A DNA stretch of 64,000 bases, from positions 64,001 through 128,000 of the forward strand of contig CAVYSE010000017.1 in NCBI GenBank assembly GCA_963771075.1, written 5' to 3'. The stretch's first letter is position 1, and each line of letters begins with the position of its first letter. The notes below the pieces were generated by a model, which was not told the DNA's origin, ran no database searches, and was given only the letters and a program-made list of their open reading frames with translations. Shown in pieces: positions 41,144 through 51,203 of the stretch. The DNA comes from a candidate division FCPU426 bacterium (GTDB taxonomy: Bacteria > Oederibacteriota > Muellerivitia > Muellerivitales > Muellerivitaceae). A program made the translations under genes and the position numbers.

Positions 41144-43783
41144 ATGTTTTCAAAAATCTTGAGCCAAATTCTTCCACCCGCCCTTTTCGAGGCGTGGATG
41201 AAAAAAAGAGCCCCCAAAAAGGCCCCCCCCAGAACGGCCCGGGCTCAAAAGAAAAATACCATTCTCTCCCAGGCTAAAAAAACGACCTTGCCCCCCCCGC
41301 CTCCCTTCGGCATTATTCGATTGATCCTTGCCGTCCTTTCTTTTGGTTTTGCCGCCCTGGGCCAGATGCAATGGATTCAAATATCCGATTATTCCACCAT
41401 TGGACACGGGTGGCTTTGCTTTCTGGCATCCCTCGCGCTTATGACCGGAGCCTTGTGGCCATGGAACCGCGAGACACCAAAAATGGAGCTCTTTTCCGCC
41501 CCTTTGGAAATAATCCTTCTACTGGGTGTTTTAGCGGTTGCCGCCTTTTTCCGCCTCCATCGTTTGAGTGAAATGCCCCCGGGGATCTACGTGGATCAAG
41601 GCTTCGCGGGTTTGGCGGGTCTTCGCATTCTTCACGAGGGCTGGAGACCCTTCTGGGTCGAGGAACCCATGCATTGCAGCGCCTATCTTTTTTATCTGTT
41701 GGCGGCCTGGTTTGCGGTGATCAAAGCCTCCAAAGTCACGCTTCTTCTTTTTTTCGTTATGATTTCCCTCGGCACCCTGCCCCTCATTTATTGGACCTTC
41801 CGCCAGTTGGCCGGACCGCGGGCTGCCCTTTTGGGCTTGTACATCCTCGCAGTCATGCGATGGAACGTGAATTTCAGCCGTAACGGCTTTCCGACCATTC
41901 AAGTCCCCTTCTATATGTTTGGCACGTCGGCTTTTCTCCTCTATGGGCTTCGAACGAAAAAAAGGTGGCCCTTCATTGTTTCAGCCGTATTTATGGGGTT
42001 GGGTTTTTACACATACCAAGCCTTCAAGATTTTCCCTGTGCTTTTGGTCGTTTGGGGACTTTATATTTGGTTCACGAACCGGGAAATAATCCGACAAAAT
42101 CTACGCCATCTGGTCTTCTTCCTGGCAGTTTTTGCCGGGTTACTTTTGCCGTTTCTTTGGGTTTCTTACCAAAACAAGAATCTCGGACTGCGGGAAACCT
42201 ACTTGAATATTTTTTCCACCGTCCAGTCAGCCCATAGTTTGGAGCCGGTCATCAATATGGTTTGCCGTACCGCGCGGATGTTCAACCGCGAGGGAGATTG
42301 GATTGAGCGCCATAATCTCCCCAACTACCGAATGTTGGATGACGTAACGGGCGCCCTTTTCGTTCTCGGATTTTTATTCGCTCTTTTTCATATCCGCAAG
42401 AGAAATTATTACTTCGCTATTTCGGGTTTCCTTGTGATGTGCTTGCCCTGCCTGTTATCCCAGGATGCGGCACACGCCAACCGCATGCTGGGAACCACGC
42501 CTTTCTTGGCCTTGCTCGCCGCCATCCCCTTGTTGGAAGTTTGGTCTCGGGTGAGGAACCGATGGGGTGCCCTTGGGGAAACTTTATTCATCATCATTCT
42601 TTTGGAGCCCCTTTTTCTAATGGGATACCAAAATTTCCAGGTCTTTTTCGGCCCCCAGCTCAACAATAACGGGATGTGGACCACCTCCGTTTGGGCAGGA
42701 TTTTCCGTGTCCGAAACCAAGGTCGGAGAGAAGGTCGCCAAGGAAGGCGCCCATAACGATTGCTACCTGCCAGGGAGATTTTACGGATTTTCCAGCACTA
42801 GCTTCTTGGGTTATGACTACCAGTCCAAGGTTCGTCAAACGAAATGGCCCCGCGATCTCGCTCCCTTCCAAACCACCGAAGCAGGGCGTGGAATTTGTTA
42901 TGTTCTGACCAAGGAGCAAGAGGGTGTTTTAGGGGTATTAAAATCCCTTTATCCCCTGGGCAGGGAGGAAAAAGAAAGAGATTTGGAGGGGAATCCGATC
43001 GCGATTTATTTAACCATCTCGGAAAAGGAAATTCGGGAAGCTCACGGTCTCGACGGGGTGGTGAATGGCGTGCCCGGCCATTATGCCGACTTTCCCTTAG
43101 GCCTTCCCGCCGGGCCCTTCCACGGGATTTTCAAAGGCACCTTATTTGTGGATGGTTTTGGAAAATTTCAAGGTTCGTCCGAAACCAAGGGAAAAATTTC
43201 GTGGAAAATCGGAGGCCACACCCTATTGCCCAATAAGCCGGTGGAATTGGCGCAGGGTTTTTATACCGTGGAAATCCATTGGGACGCTCCGGCGGGGCCG
43301 CCCGATTTGAAACTTTACCTTACCAATGAGCTGGGAAAAAACCTGCCTCTCAACCCGAGTTGCCTGACCACCTTGCCGTTGAACCGGGGCCTGAAAGGTT
43401 ATTGGTACGGAGCCGGAAACGGCCCCACCCATCCCGCATTGATCCAATGGACCCCCATCCTCAATTATCCCGTCGGGGAAGATTTCCCCTATACCACCTC
43501 GGACCTATCCATCCAATGGGATGGAGTTCTCCTTGCGCCCGACACGGGAGATTATGCCTTCCGCGTAATCACGGATGAGTTTGGGAAGGTTGTGGTAGAT
43601 GGCAAACCCCTATTCGAGCTGGGTAAAAACCAAACGGGGCTTATCCATCTGCTCAAAGGGCGGCATACCTTCCAAGTGCAGTTCCGGAAGAACCTGGGGC
43701 CCTCCTTCACCTTGGTATGGAAGAAGCCCAAGAGCGAGGTGTTTGAGCCAATACCCCTGGAAGATTTCGGGGAAACACATTAA
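41144..43783 (+). CDS. ArnT/PMT-like glycosyltransferase with tandem PA14-like domains (paralog of 38119-41091)
   Basis: FRLHRLSEMPPGIYVDQG, WNVNFSRNGFPTIQVP; GLKGYWY..WDGVLLAPDTGDYAF. Confidence 0.85.
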   Translation: MFSKILSQILPPALFEAWMKKRAPKKAPPRTARAQKKNTILSQAKKTTLPPPPPFGIIRLILAVLSFGFAALGQMQWIQISDYSTIGHGWLCFLASLALMTGALWPWNRETPKMELFSAPLEIILLLGVLAVAAFFRLHRLSEMPPGIYVDQGFAGLAGLRILHEGWRPFWVEEPMHCSAYLFYLLAAWFAVIKASKVTLLLFFVMISLGTLPLIYWTFRQLAGPRAALLGLYILAVMRWNVNFSRNGFPTIQVPFYMFGTSAFLLYGLRTKKRWPFIVSAVFMGLGFYTYQAFKIFPVLLVVWGLYIWFTNREIIRQNLRHLVFFLAVFAGLLLPFLWVSYQNKNLGLRETYLNIFSTVQSAHSLEPVINMVCRTARMFNREGDWIERHNLPNYRMLDDVTGALFVLGFLFALFHIRKRNYYFAISGFLVMCLPCLLSQDAAHANRMLGTTPFLALLAAIPLLEVWSRVRNRWGALGETLFIIILLEPLFLMGYQNFQVFFGPQLNNNGMWTTSVWAGFSVSETKVGEKVAKEGAHNDCYLPGRFYGFSSTSFLGYDYQSKVRQTKWPRDLAPFQTTEAGRGICYVLTKEQEGVLGVLKSLYPLGREEKERDLEGNPIAIYLTISEKEIREAHGLDGVVNGVPGHYADFPLGLPAGPFHGIFKGTLFVDGFGKFQGSSETKGKISWKIGGHTLLPNKPVELAQGFYTVEIHWDAPAGPPDLKLYLTNELGKNLPLNPSCLTTLPLNRGLKGYWYGAGNGPTHPALIQWTPILNYPVGEDFPYTTSDLSIQWDGVLLAPDTGDYAFRVITDEFGKVVVDGKPLFELGKNQTGLIHLLKGRHTFQVQFRKNLGPSFTLVWKKPKSEVFEPIPLEDFGETH

Positions 43784-43802
43784 TTCGTTAAACAATAATT
43801 AT

Positions 43803-43839
43803 AAAAAAAGGGGGGGAGCCTGAGCTCCCCCCTTTTTTT
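43803..43839. terminator. Bidirectional intrinsic terminator
   Basis: A-run, GGGGGGAGC/GCTCCCCCC stem, T-run, between convergent genes. Confidence 0.85.
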
Positions 43840-43883
43840 ATTAAACCAACCTTTCGGGACTATTCTAAGTCCCTTGCTACCAT

Positions 43884-44888
43884 TTATTTAGTTTGGGGCA
43901 TGATCACCTTGATCATGTAAACCGAATCCGCTTCCGCCACAAGAAGTGTTCCATCGGAAGCGAAATTAATTCCACGGGGAGCATTAAATATGACCGCCCC
44001 TTTCGCATCCTTCAGGTCGCCTTGGTATTTGCCTTCCGAATTATAAACCTTAATGAACCCTCCACCCTCACCCGAAGCTACATAGAGGTTCCCTTGGCCG
44101 TCCACGGCCACATTGTTCGGACGGGCATCAAACTTGATGATTCGTTGGACCTTTCCTGCCCCGTTGAGGAACTTTACCCGTAGATTGTCGTAATCAGGCG
44201 CGTAAAAGTTTCCCTTGCCATCCGGAACCACTTCATAGACGTTATTGAAACAATCCTTACAATTTCCAGGCATGCCCCACTTTTCAAGCATCTCCCCCGT
44301 GGAGGATACCTTAATGATTTTCTGACCGCCGGTGTCGGCGACATAAAAATTGGTTCCGTCCCAATAGGCCCCCCGGGGCACGTAACAATTCATGGGAGCC
44401 AAGCTGATATTTTGGATATTCTTTCCCGTCACGTCGTAAACCCGGATGCTATTACTTCCGTTGTCCACCACGGTGATTTCGCCCTTGTCATTGGCGGATA
44501 TATCGGCGAAGCCCACCTTGTCTTGCGGAGTATTTCCCTGGGCCTCCCCGATGCTCTTAAGGAAATCACCCGTCCGGTTGAAAAGCAGGATCCGGCGTAC
44601 CTTTCGGTCGGTGACCACAAACTTGTCCGATCCTATCGCTGCTACATCCTCAGGCTCGAATTCACCACAGGTTTTCCCCAGGCCGGTAACCTGGCCCACC
44701 ACCTGGGCCTCGATGTCCTTTTTGACGTCGGTTCTGAAGAAGAAATAGTTAAAGGCGATAAATAACACGGCGTAGACAATGACTCCAAAAAGAATGAGTC
44801 CTTTGTGCCGGGAAATCTTTGCGGCCCAACCTTCTTTCTTACCCTTGGCCTTGGCGGTTTTCACCGGTACTTTCTTCTTGGCAACCAT
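43884..44888 (-). CDS. Membrane-anchored NHL-repeat beta-propeller protein
   Basis: Lys-rich tail plus one TM; repeats YVADTGGQKI, YAPDYDNLRV, VAVDGQGNLYV; GGAGG before ATG 44888. Confidence 0.85.
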   Translation of the reverse strand: MVAKKKVPVKTAKAKGKKEGWAAKISRHKGLILFGVIVYAVLFIAFNYFFFRTDVKKDIEAQVVGQVTGLGKTCGEFEPEDVAAIGSDKFVVTDRKVRRILLFNRTGDFLKSIGEAQGNTPQDKVGFADISANDKGEITVVDNGSNSIRVYDVTGKNIQNISLAPMNCYVPRGAYWDGTNFYVADTGGQKIIKVSSTGEMLEKWGMPGNCKDCFNNVYEVVPDGKGNFYAPDYDNLRVKFLNGAGKVQRIIKFDARPNNVAVDGQGNLYVASGEGGGFIKVYNSEGKYQGDLKDAKGAVIFNAPRGINFASDGTLLVAEADSVYMIKVIMPQTK

Positions 44889-44969
44889 ATCTTCCTCCCT
44901 AACCCTGGCTTGATAATCCCTCATAAACAGAAAGTCATCTTAAACCAACCCTTTAAAAACACGCAAGAA

Positions 44970-45722
44970 TTAAACCCGTTCCCGGCCGGAAACCCGCTTA
45001 GAACCTGAGGAAGGAAATGGCTCCAACCGAAGCCAAAGGGCTCGGCCTAGGTATTTGAGCAGCGTGGCCAATCCGAGTTTAGACTGGCCTTGGGTCCGGT
45101 CGATGAACTCGATTGGGAACTCCTTTACTCTTAGGCCCGCGCGGTAACAACGGTAAAGGATTTCGGAAACGGTAAAGGGGTCTCGGGCCTTCAAGGTTTC
45201 GACCCTTATGGCCCTCAGGGCCTCCCGGGTGAAGGCCCGGTAACCCGATGTTGGATCCTTCGCCCGAAGCCCGAGAACGGACTTGAGATAATATCGTGCG
45301 AAATTGCTAGTGAGCTGGCGGTAAAGGGGACGCTCCACATCTCGCCCTCCCTGAATGTAACGGCTACCCAAAACCACATCCGCCTCGCCCTTTTCCAGGG
45401 CCTTGGCCAGTTGGGGTATATATTTGGGTTGATGGGATAGGTCCCCGTCCATTTCCACAACAATTTCTGCTCCCATGGCCAGCGCCTTCACAAAGCCATC
45501 TCGGCCTGCCCAACCGCGCCCCTTGACCGACCGGTCCCGAAGCAACAAGTGCAGTTTTTTGTCTCTTTTTCCAAGTTTTAGGACCTCGTCATAGGTCCCG
45601 TCGGGTGAAGTGTCATCCACAATGAGGATTCGAGCCTGGGGCACGAATTTGTGAAGTAGTTGGATTAACTGTTTGATATTGGCTCGTTCGTTATAGGTGG
45701 GAACCATCACAACCGTTTTCAA
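44970..45722 (-). CDS. Polyprenol-monophosphomannose synthase-like GT2 (Ppm1/Dpm1-like)
   Basis: PTYNERANI, VDDTSPDGT, EMDGDLSHQP, GSRY, DPTSGYRAF, GQSKL. Confidence 0.9.
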   Translation of the reverse strand: MKTVVMVPTYNERANIKQLIQLLHKFVPQARILIVDDTSPDGTYDEVLKLGKRDKKLHLLLRDRSVKGRGWAGRDGFVKALAMGAEIVVEMDGDLSHQPKYIPQLAKALEKGEADVVLGSRYIQGGRDVERPLYRQLTSNFARYYLKSVLGLRAKDPTSGYRAFTREALRAIRVETLKARDPFTVSEILYRCYRAGLRVKEFPIEFIDRTQGQSKLGLATLLKYLGRALWLRLEPFPSSGSKRVSGRERV

Positions 45723-45883
45723 ACGATCAAATCTCCCGAATAAATGTTGATCTCCCCGGACAAGTCCAGGGCTCTTAAATCAAAAATCAAGCTTCGATTT
45801 CATGCCTTTTGAATGGACACCCTTCATCCTCGACCAATGCCGGAGATTACAGATCAAGTGACCAAGAAATTTGGATTCAAAGT

Positions 45884-47011
45884 TTAGCGAGCGAGTAGAA
45901 CCTGTCTTTCGACTGCGGCCAGCATATCCTTTTCCTTCAAGTTGTCCATACAGGAAATCTTCGCGGTACATTGGTTCTGGTAATAGCATTGGCAGGGGCT
46001 CTTGGGAAGGACCTTTTCCCCCATTCCGTAAAGATCGATTTCCGAGTCGGAAGTGGGTCCAAAATAGGAAACCAGCCTCTTGCCCAAGGCCACTGCCACA
46101 TGAAGGGCCATCGTATCTCCCGTCACCATGACCTGGCAGAGATCCACGAGGGAAGCGAATTGGCGTAGGTTGTTTTCTGTACCCGTGGGAATTACCAAAC
46201 CCTTGAGACTCCTGGCGAGGGATGGCATCAAGTCCCTTTCCTCCGGCCCCCCGTAAAGCAGAACCCCGGTATGAGGTTGTTTTTTTCTCAGTTGGCGGGC
46301 CAGCCAGGCAAACCCATCCAAACGCCAGCGTTTCATGGGCCATCGGCCTCCTGACCCGATGTTGAATCCGACTATCTTTTTAAACTTGGAAAGTTTGTTT
46401 TTGGAAGAAAAGCCTTTGGCCCATTCCTTTTCCATAGCGGTCAATATCAACTGGGGTTTCTCCCCCCCATACTTAAGGCCCGCCAGTTGGAATAGGTGGG
46501 ATTGGTAAGTCCGTTGGTTCGCCCGCTTGACCGTGTCAAAAATGCCCATTTCAAACCACTGTTGCGTTTCTTTTCCCAAGGGAATGACGACTCCCTCCCG
46601 GGAGAGGCCGAACCCCTTTTTCGCCGAACTATTCGCCAAGCAAAGGATTCCCGCCGCCTTTCGGCCCATATCAAAGTTGAAGGCCTGGTCAAAAAAAGTG
46701 GAAGCCAGGATTCCTGTCAGGCCGGCATCCACTCCAAGAAGAACATCGATATAGGGGTTCTTTTCTAAAAGGGGTTTGGAGGAAGGTTCGGTGACCCACC
46801 ATATGACCGTATTTTTTTTCTTGGCCTTCAGGGCGGGCAGCAGGGATGTTGAGCGGAGAACATCGCCAGCCGCATCCAGCTTGATGATCAAAACGCGGTA
46901 CTGCACCGCCTCAAAGCGGGGGCAATCTCTGCAAACCACCCCTTCTTTCTTATGGGGTAGGCAAGGTTTTTCCCCGGTGAAATGCCGGCAGTTGGATCGG
47001 AAAAAAAGCAT
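45884..47011 (-). CDS. GT9 family glycosyltransferase with Cys-rich N-terminal extension
   Basis: IKLDAAGDVLRST, TGDTMALHVAVAL, FGPT; N-terminal CRHF..KPC..CRDC. Confidence 0.88.
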   Translation of the reverse strand: MLFFRSNCRHFTGEKPCLPHKKEGVVCRDCPRFEAVQYRVLIIKLDAAGDVLRSTSLLPALKAKKKNTVIWWVTEPSSKPLLEKNPYIDVLLGVDAGLTGILASTFFDQAFNFDMGRKAAGILCLANSSAKKGFGLSREGVVIPLGKETQQWFEMGIFDTVKRANQRTYQSHLFQLAGLKYGGEKPQLILTAMEKEWAKGFSSKNKLSKFKKIVGFNIGSGGRWPMKRWRLDGFAWLARQLRKKQPHTGVLLYGGPEERDLMPSLARSLKGLVIPTGTENNLRQFASLVDLCQVMVTGDTMALHVAVALGKRLVSYFGPTSDSEIDLYGMGEKVLPKSPCQCYYQNQCTAKISCMDNLKEKDMLAAVERQVLLAR

Positions 47012-47077
47012 GGTTTTATCGGTTCCTTAGGTTTGAGACAGACAAGGCAGGATTATACCTTGGCCCTTCCATACCCT

Positions 47078-48151
47078 CTAGTGATTTACCTTTTGGGCGG
47101 CCGCGTAAAGCAAAAGGCCGTTGACAACCCCTATGCTTTTCAATTCAAAGCCCGCTTTTTGAAGAGCCTCACCCAGCCGACGCCGGGTAAAATGGTGGAT
47201 ATGACCGCAGCGGTAGCGGTGGTATCGGCTTCCCCGCAAATATCCCATATAGAGACAGTTCAAATTAAACAGGATAAAAAAGGGGCCTAAGAAATAATCA
47301 TAAGGAACCGTGATCAGAAAGGTCCCCTCCTTCTTGAGAACCCTGTTAACTTCCGCCAGGACCGCCTCCAAGTTAAACAGGTGCTCCAACACTTCACTCA
47401 TCAATACCAGATCTAGGCTTTGGGGTTTTAAACCGGTCATGGAAAGGTCGGCGCATACCTTATAATCCTCTAGCCTTCCCTGCCGTTTGGCGAATTGGAG
47501 CATTTTGGAATTGATATCCACCCCAAAAACCGGCAGGTGCTGGGTGTTCCAAAAGCAATTGCCACAGCCCAAGTCGGCCATCTTCATGCCTTTTTTGTAA
47601 TAGGCACCGACATGGGAATTGAGCCGCTCGTACCGGGAACGATGGTACCAGGCCCGGAAACGGCTGACCCTGGCCTCGTCGGTCATCCCATCATAGTAAT
47701 CCTCATCCATTTCTCGGTATTCCACCTGCGCCATTCGGGCCGAACTGAAAGTGGAGATGCGATTCAAAAGGGCGTTGGATAAGGCCAAAAGGAAAAGGCA
47801 GGAGATAAGGGAGACGAGAAAGGGCCATTGGAGAGTTCTCATCAAAAACCATAGGAGCATGGAGCTTCCCGCCGAGACACAGAGGCTCATGGCGAGATGG
47901 ACTGGAAGGGAGGTACGCATCCTGATCTCTTGATTCACGTAAACAACACGGTAATAAACGAAATGGAAAGCCTGATTGAGGAATGTTCCCAGGAAAAAGG
48001 AGATGAAAGGGGACCAGGCATTGGAGGTGAAAATGAAAAGGCCGATCCAAACGGTTCCCAGATTGACCCCTAGGCCTAAAAAACCGCCCAGCAGGAATAT
48101 TAGGACAGCGGGATAGCGCCAACGGTGAACAACCTTGTGCTCCGGCATCAT
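47078..48151 (-). CDS. GtrA-like membrane domain fused to class I SAM methyltransferase
   Basis: About four N-terminal TM helices; C-terminal ADLGCG, GVDIN, SEVLEHL, LITVP. Confidence 0.7.
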   Translation of the reverse strand: MMPEHKVVHRWRYPAVLIFLLGGFLGLGVNLGTVWIGLFIFTSNAWSPFISFFLGTFLNQAFHFVYYRVVYVNQEIRMRTSLPVHLAMSLCVSAGSSMLLWFLMRTLQWPFLVSLISCLFLLALSNALLNRISTFSSARMAQVEYREMDEDYYDGMTDEARVSRFRAWYHRSRYERLNSHVGAYYKKGMKMADLGCGNCFWNTQHLPVFGVDINSKMLQFAKRQGRLEDYKVCADLSMTGLKPQSLDLVLMSEVLEHLFNLEAVLAEVNRVLKKEGTFLITVPYDYFLGPFFILFNLNCLYMGYLRGSRYHRYRCGHIHHFTRRRLGEALQKAGFELKSIGVVNGLLLYAAAQKVNH

Positions 48152-48936
48152 TTAGCTTTTTTCGCTATTAGGAAATAGGCCACTCCCTTCTCGGTATGGG
48201 AAAAGAGGGCCCGGCGAACCAGTCCAGGGGCCAAGATCCGGGTGAAAATCCTGGGTGTGATAACCCATCGGCCGAGGAAAATCTTGAAAAATTTCGAGAG
48301 AAGGGCCGGAATCAACCAACGCTCATAGGCATGAAAAGCGTCGATGGAGACAAAATACTCGGACTCCACCATTTTCAACCCCGCCTTCCTGAACCGAATT
48401 TCCCAGGTTTTCGCGTCATTCACATGGTAGTGCTTGAAAATTTTATTTAACCCGTCGATGTAACGCTTTTCCATTCCTCCCATTCCCAAAACTCGGGCAA
48501 TTCCTCCGAAAAAGGAATGGGTGTTGTAACATTCGCTTGGGACCGTAATCATCAAACGCCCACCCGGCTTCATGACTCGGGCGATTTCCTTAAGGGCACC
48601 ATCAATATCCGGAACATGCTCCAAAACGCAATTGCTGATGACGGTCTTGAAGCTCTTCGAAGGAAAGGGCATGCGGTTGACACTTCCGCAAATCGTCTTT
48701 TGGTAAGCCTGGCGCCTTTGGGCAAGCGCGACTTCCTTTTGATCCAAGTCGATCCCAGCCTCAAGGGGTTCACCAAACACAGTCTGGGCGAAAAACCCAT
48801 CCCCGCACCCCACGTCTAACACTGGACCTAGTAGAGGTCTTCGGGCGAACTGCTCGCATTCGAGGGATCTCCAAAAAGAAAGGGCCACGGGGCAGGAAGA
48901 AAGATAAGCCTTAAAAAATTCATCGCGGGTTTTCAA
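48148..48936 (-). CDS. Class I SAM-dependent methyltransferase
   Basis: VLDVGCGDG, SNCVLEHVPD, RVMKPGG. Confidence 0.9.
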   Translation of the reverse strand: MKTRDEFFKAYLSSCPVALSFWRSLECEQFARRPLLGPVLDVGCGDGFFAQTVFGEPLEAGIDLDQKEVALAQRRQAYQKTICGSVNRMPFPSKSFKTVISNCVLEHVPDIDGALKEIARVMKPGGRLMITVPSECYNTHSFFGGIARVLGMGGMEKRYIDGLNKIFKHYHVNDAKTWEIRFRKAGLKMVESEYFVSIDAFHAYERWLIPALLSKFFKIFLGRWVITPRIFTRILAPGLVRRALFSHTEKGVAYFLIAKKAK

Positions 48937-49164
48937 TCAAACCTTCTTTCAGGATTCCAGGAAAACGAACGGGAAGAATTAGCTTCAAAAGAATATCCTT
49001 TGAAAATATTGAAATCCAGTTGAATTTAGGCATTTTACACGCTCCCCTCCGTTTACCCCCTATTCGATCCAAGGTCCTGATCGGGTCTAAACCACAGTAA
49101 AGGGGATCAACAATTCTTTGAATGAAAATCCTCCCCTTTTTTCCCGAAAAATGGATTTCGGGGT

Positions 49165-51192
49165 ATGATGAATCGGCCGAGATTTTTCGGATGGATAGTT
49201 GAATACCTTTATGCCTTGGGGAAATCTTTGACCCACCTCGCCGAAAAAATCAAACTCCTACCCGGGCCCATCCTCATCTTGGGCGCCAGCGGTTTTGTGG
49301 GTGCCAATTTATTGCGCCAACTACTCACGCAAAGGCCCGATGTTTTCGGGACCTATTTTCATTTTCCCGCTTGGCGCTTGGAGGGGATTCCCGCCGACGT
49401 CTTGGTTCAAGTGGACCTTCTTCACGAGTCGAAATTGGATGAAGTACTCCAGAAGGTCAACCCCAAGGTTCTGTTTAATTGTTTGTCCTATGGCGCCTAT
49501 TCATTCGAAACCCAACATGACCGGATCTACCAGACCAATTTCATCCTCACCGAAAAAATCCTCCGAAAACTGGACCCTCTTCATTTGACCGCCTACGTGC
49601 ACTCCGGTAGTTCCTCGGAATATGGGGACCACGGAGCGGGTCCCGTCGAGGAAGAATGGGCCCTCCCTAACAGCGAATACGCCGTCTCGAAACTATCCTG
49701 CGCCCATCTCTTGAATTATTACGGAAAAAAGAAAGGCCTACCCTGCGCCAATTTGCGTCTTTACTCTGTTTACGGCCCCCTGGAAGATTCTTCCCGGCTC
49801 ATTCCCGCCCTCATCCAGGAGGGATGTCATGGGAAATATCCCCCGCTGGTCGAACCCAAAGTTTCCCGTGATTTCGTTTATGTGGAAGATGTTTGCGAGG
49901 CCTTTTTGGATGCCGCATTGGGGCTGAAGCGTGAAAATTACGGTGATTCATTCAACATCGGAACTGGAACCAAGACCACGATTGCCGACGCGGCCTACAC
50001 CGCGAAAAAGATCCTCCAAATCCAGGCCGAACCTTCCTTTCAAAAGATGGAAAATCGCGCTTGGGATCTTCGAGATTGGTACGCCAACCCCGAAAAGGCC
50101 AAAAGAAGTTTAGGTTGGAAAGCCCGCACTTCCTTCGAGGAGGGGCTTCGCCTGACCATCCAATGGTATCTAGGCCTTCCGGACAAGGATGCCTATCGGC
50201 AAGCGTCCAAAATCTCCGCTCCCAGAGAGGCCCGAAGCGTATCAGCCATCGTGGCTTGCTACAAGGATGGACAAGCCATCTCGCTGATGCATGAACGGCT
50301 GACGGCGGTTTTCCGCAAACTCGGAATCGATTACGAAATCATCTTCGTTAATGACAACAGCCCGGATAACTGCGAGGAGGTTATCACACAACTGAGCGCC
50401 TCGGACCCCCATACCCTCGGTATCTCCCACTCCCGAAATTTCGGTTCCCAATCAGCGTTCCGAAGCGGCTTAGAAATCGCCACCAAGGGCGCTTGTGTTC
50501 TTTTGGACGGGGATCTACAGGATCCCCCCGAGGTCATCGAGACATTCGTGGCGAAATGGCGAGAAGGTTACGAGGTCATTTACGGCCGCCGGGTGAAACG
50601 GGAGGCTACCCTTTTCATGCAGCTGGCCTATAAAACTTTTTACAGGATTTTCGAGTATTTTTCCTATTTGCCCATTCCCCGGGACGCGGGTGATTTTTCC
50701 CTTATCGACCGCCGTGTAGTCCAAGCGATCTTAAAATTTCCGGAGCGGGACCTTTTCTTGAGGGGAATTCGGGCCTTTGTGGGTTTTAAGCAAACGGGAG
50801 TGGACTATGTCCGACCCGAGCGAGTTTTCGGGAAAAGCACGAACAACCTTTTTAAAAACTTGAATTGGGCGAAAAAGGGAATCCTTTCCTACAGTTACAC
50901 TCCTTTGAGTATGCTGACCTTCCTTGGCACCCTATTGTTTCTTCTCGGTCTTTGCCTGGGCGTTTATCAGCTTTTTTTTCGCCTTTTATACCCGGACCAA
51001 ACCCCCAAGGGAATGACAACCCTTCTTCTTTGCATTTTGGTTTTTGGCTCCATCAATTTATTCGGTCTGGCCATCTTGGGCGAGTACATCGCAAAAATAT
51101 TCGAGGAAGTTAAACAGCGCCCCCATTTTGTCCGCCGGGCCATTATCCAAAACGGTTTGGTTCGGCCGGTCGTCGAAACACCCAAGCTTTGA
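49165..51192 (+). CDS. NAD-dependent epimerase/dehydratase fused to GtrB-like polyprenyl-phosphate glycosyltransferase (GT2); true start probably slightly downstream
   Basis: GASGFVG, GSSSEYG, YAVSK, RDFVYVED; then FVNDNSPD, SRNFG, DGDLQDPPE, GDFSL, two TM helices, GEYI..EVKQRP. Confidence 0.9.
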   Translation: MMNRPRFFGWIVEYLYALGKSLTHLAEKIKLLPGPILILGASGFVGANLLRQLLTQRPDVFGTYFHFPAWRLEGIPADVLVQVDLLHESKLDEVLQKVNPKVLFNCLSYGAYSFETQHDRIYQTNFILTEKILRKLDPLHLTAYVHSGSSSEYGDHGAGPVEEEWALPNSEYAVSKLSCAHLLNYYGKKKGLPCANLRLYSVYGPLEDSSRLIPALIQEGCHGKYPPLVEPKVSRDFVYVEDVCEAFLDAALGLKRENYGDSFNIGTGTKTTIADAAYTAKKILQIQAEPSFQKMENRAWDLRDWYANPEKAKRSLGWKARTSFEEGLRLTIQWYLGLPDKDAYRQASKISAPREARSVSAIVACYKDGQAISLMHERLTAVFRKLGIDYEIIFVNDNSPDNCEEVITQLSASDPHTLGISHSRNFGSQSAFRSGLEIATKGACVLLDGDLQDPPEVIETFVAKWREGYEVIYGRRVKREATLFMQLAYKTFYRIFEYFSYLPIPRDAGDFSLIDRRVVQAILKFPERDLFLRGIRAFVGFKQTGVDYVRPERVFGKSTNNLFKNLNWAKKGILSYSYTPLSMLTFLGTLLFLLGLCLGVYQLFFRLLYPDQTPKGMTTLLLCILVFGSINLFGLAILGEYIAKIFEEVKQRPHFVRRAIIQNGLVRPVVETPKL

Positions 51193-51203
51193 TAGGTCGT
51201 CCG

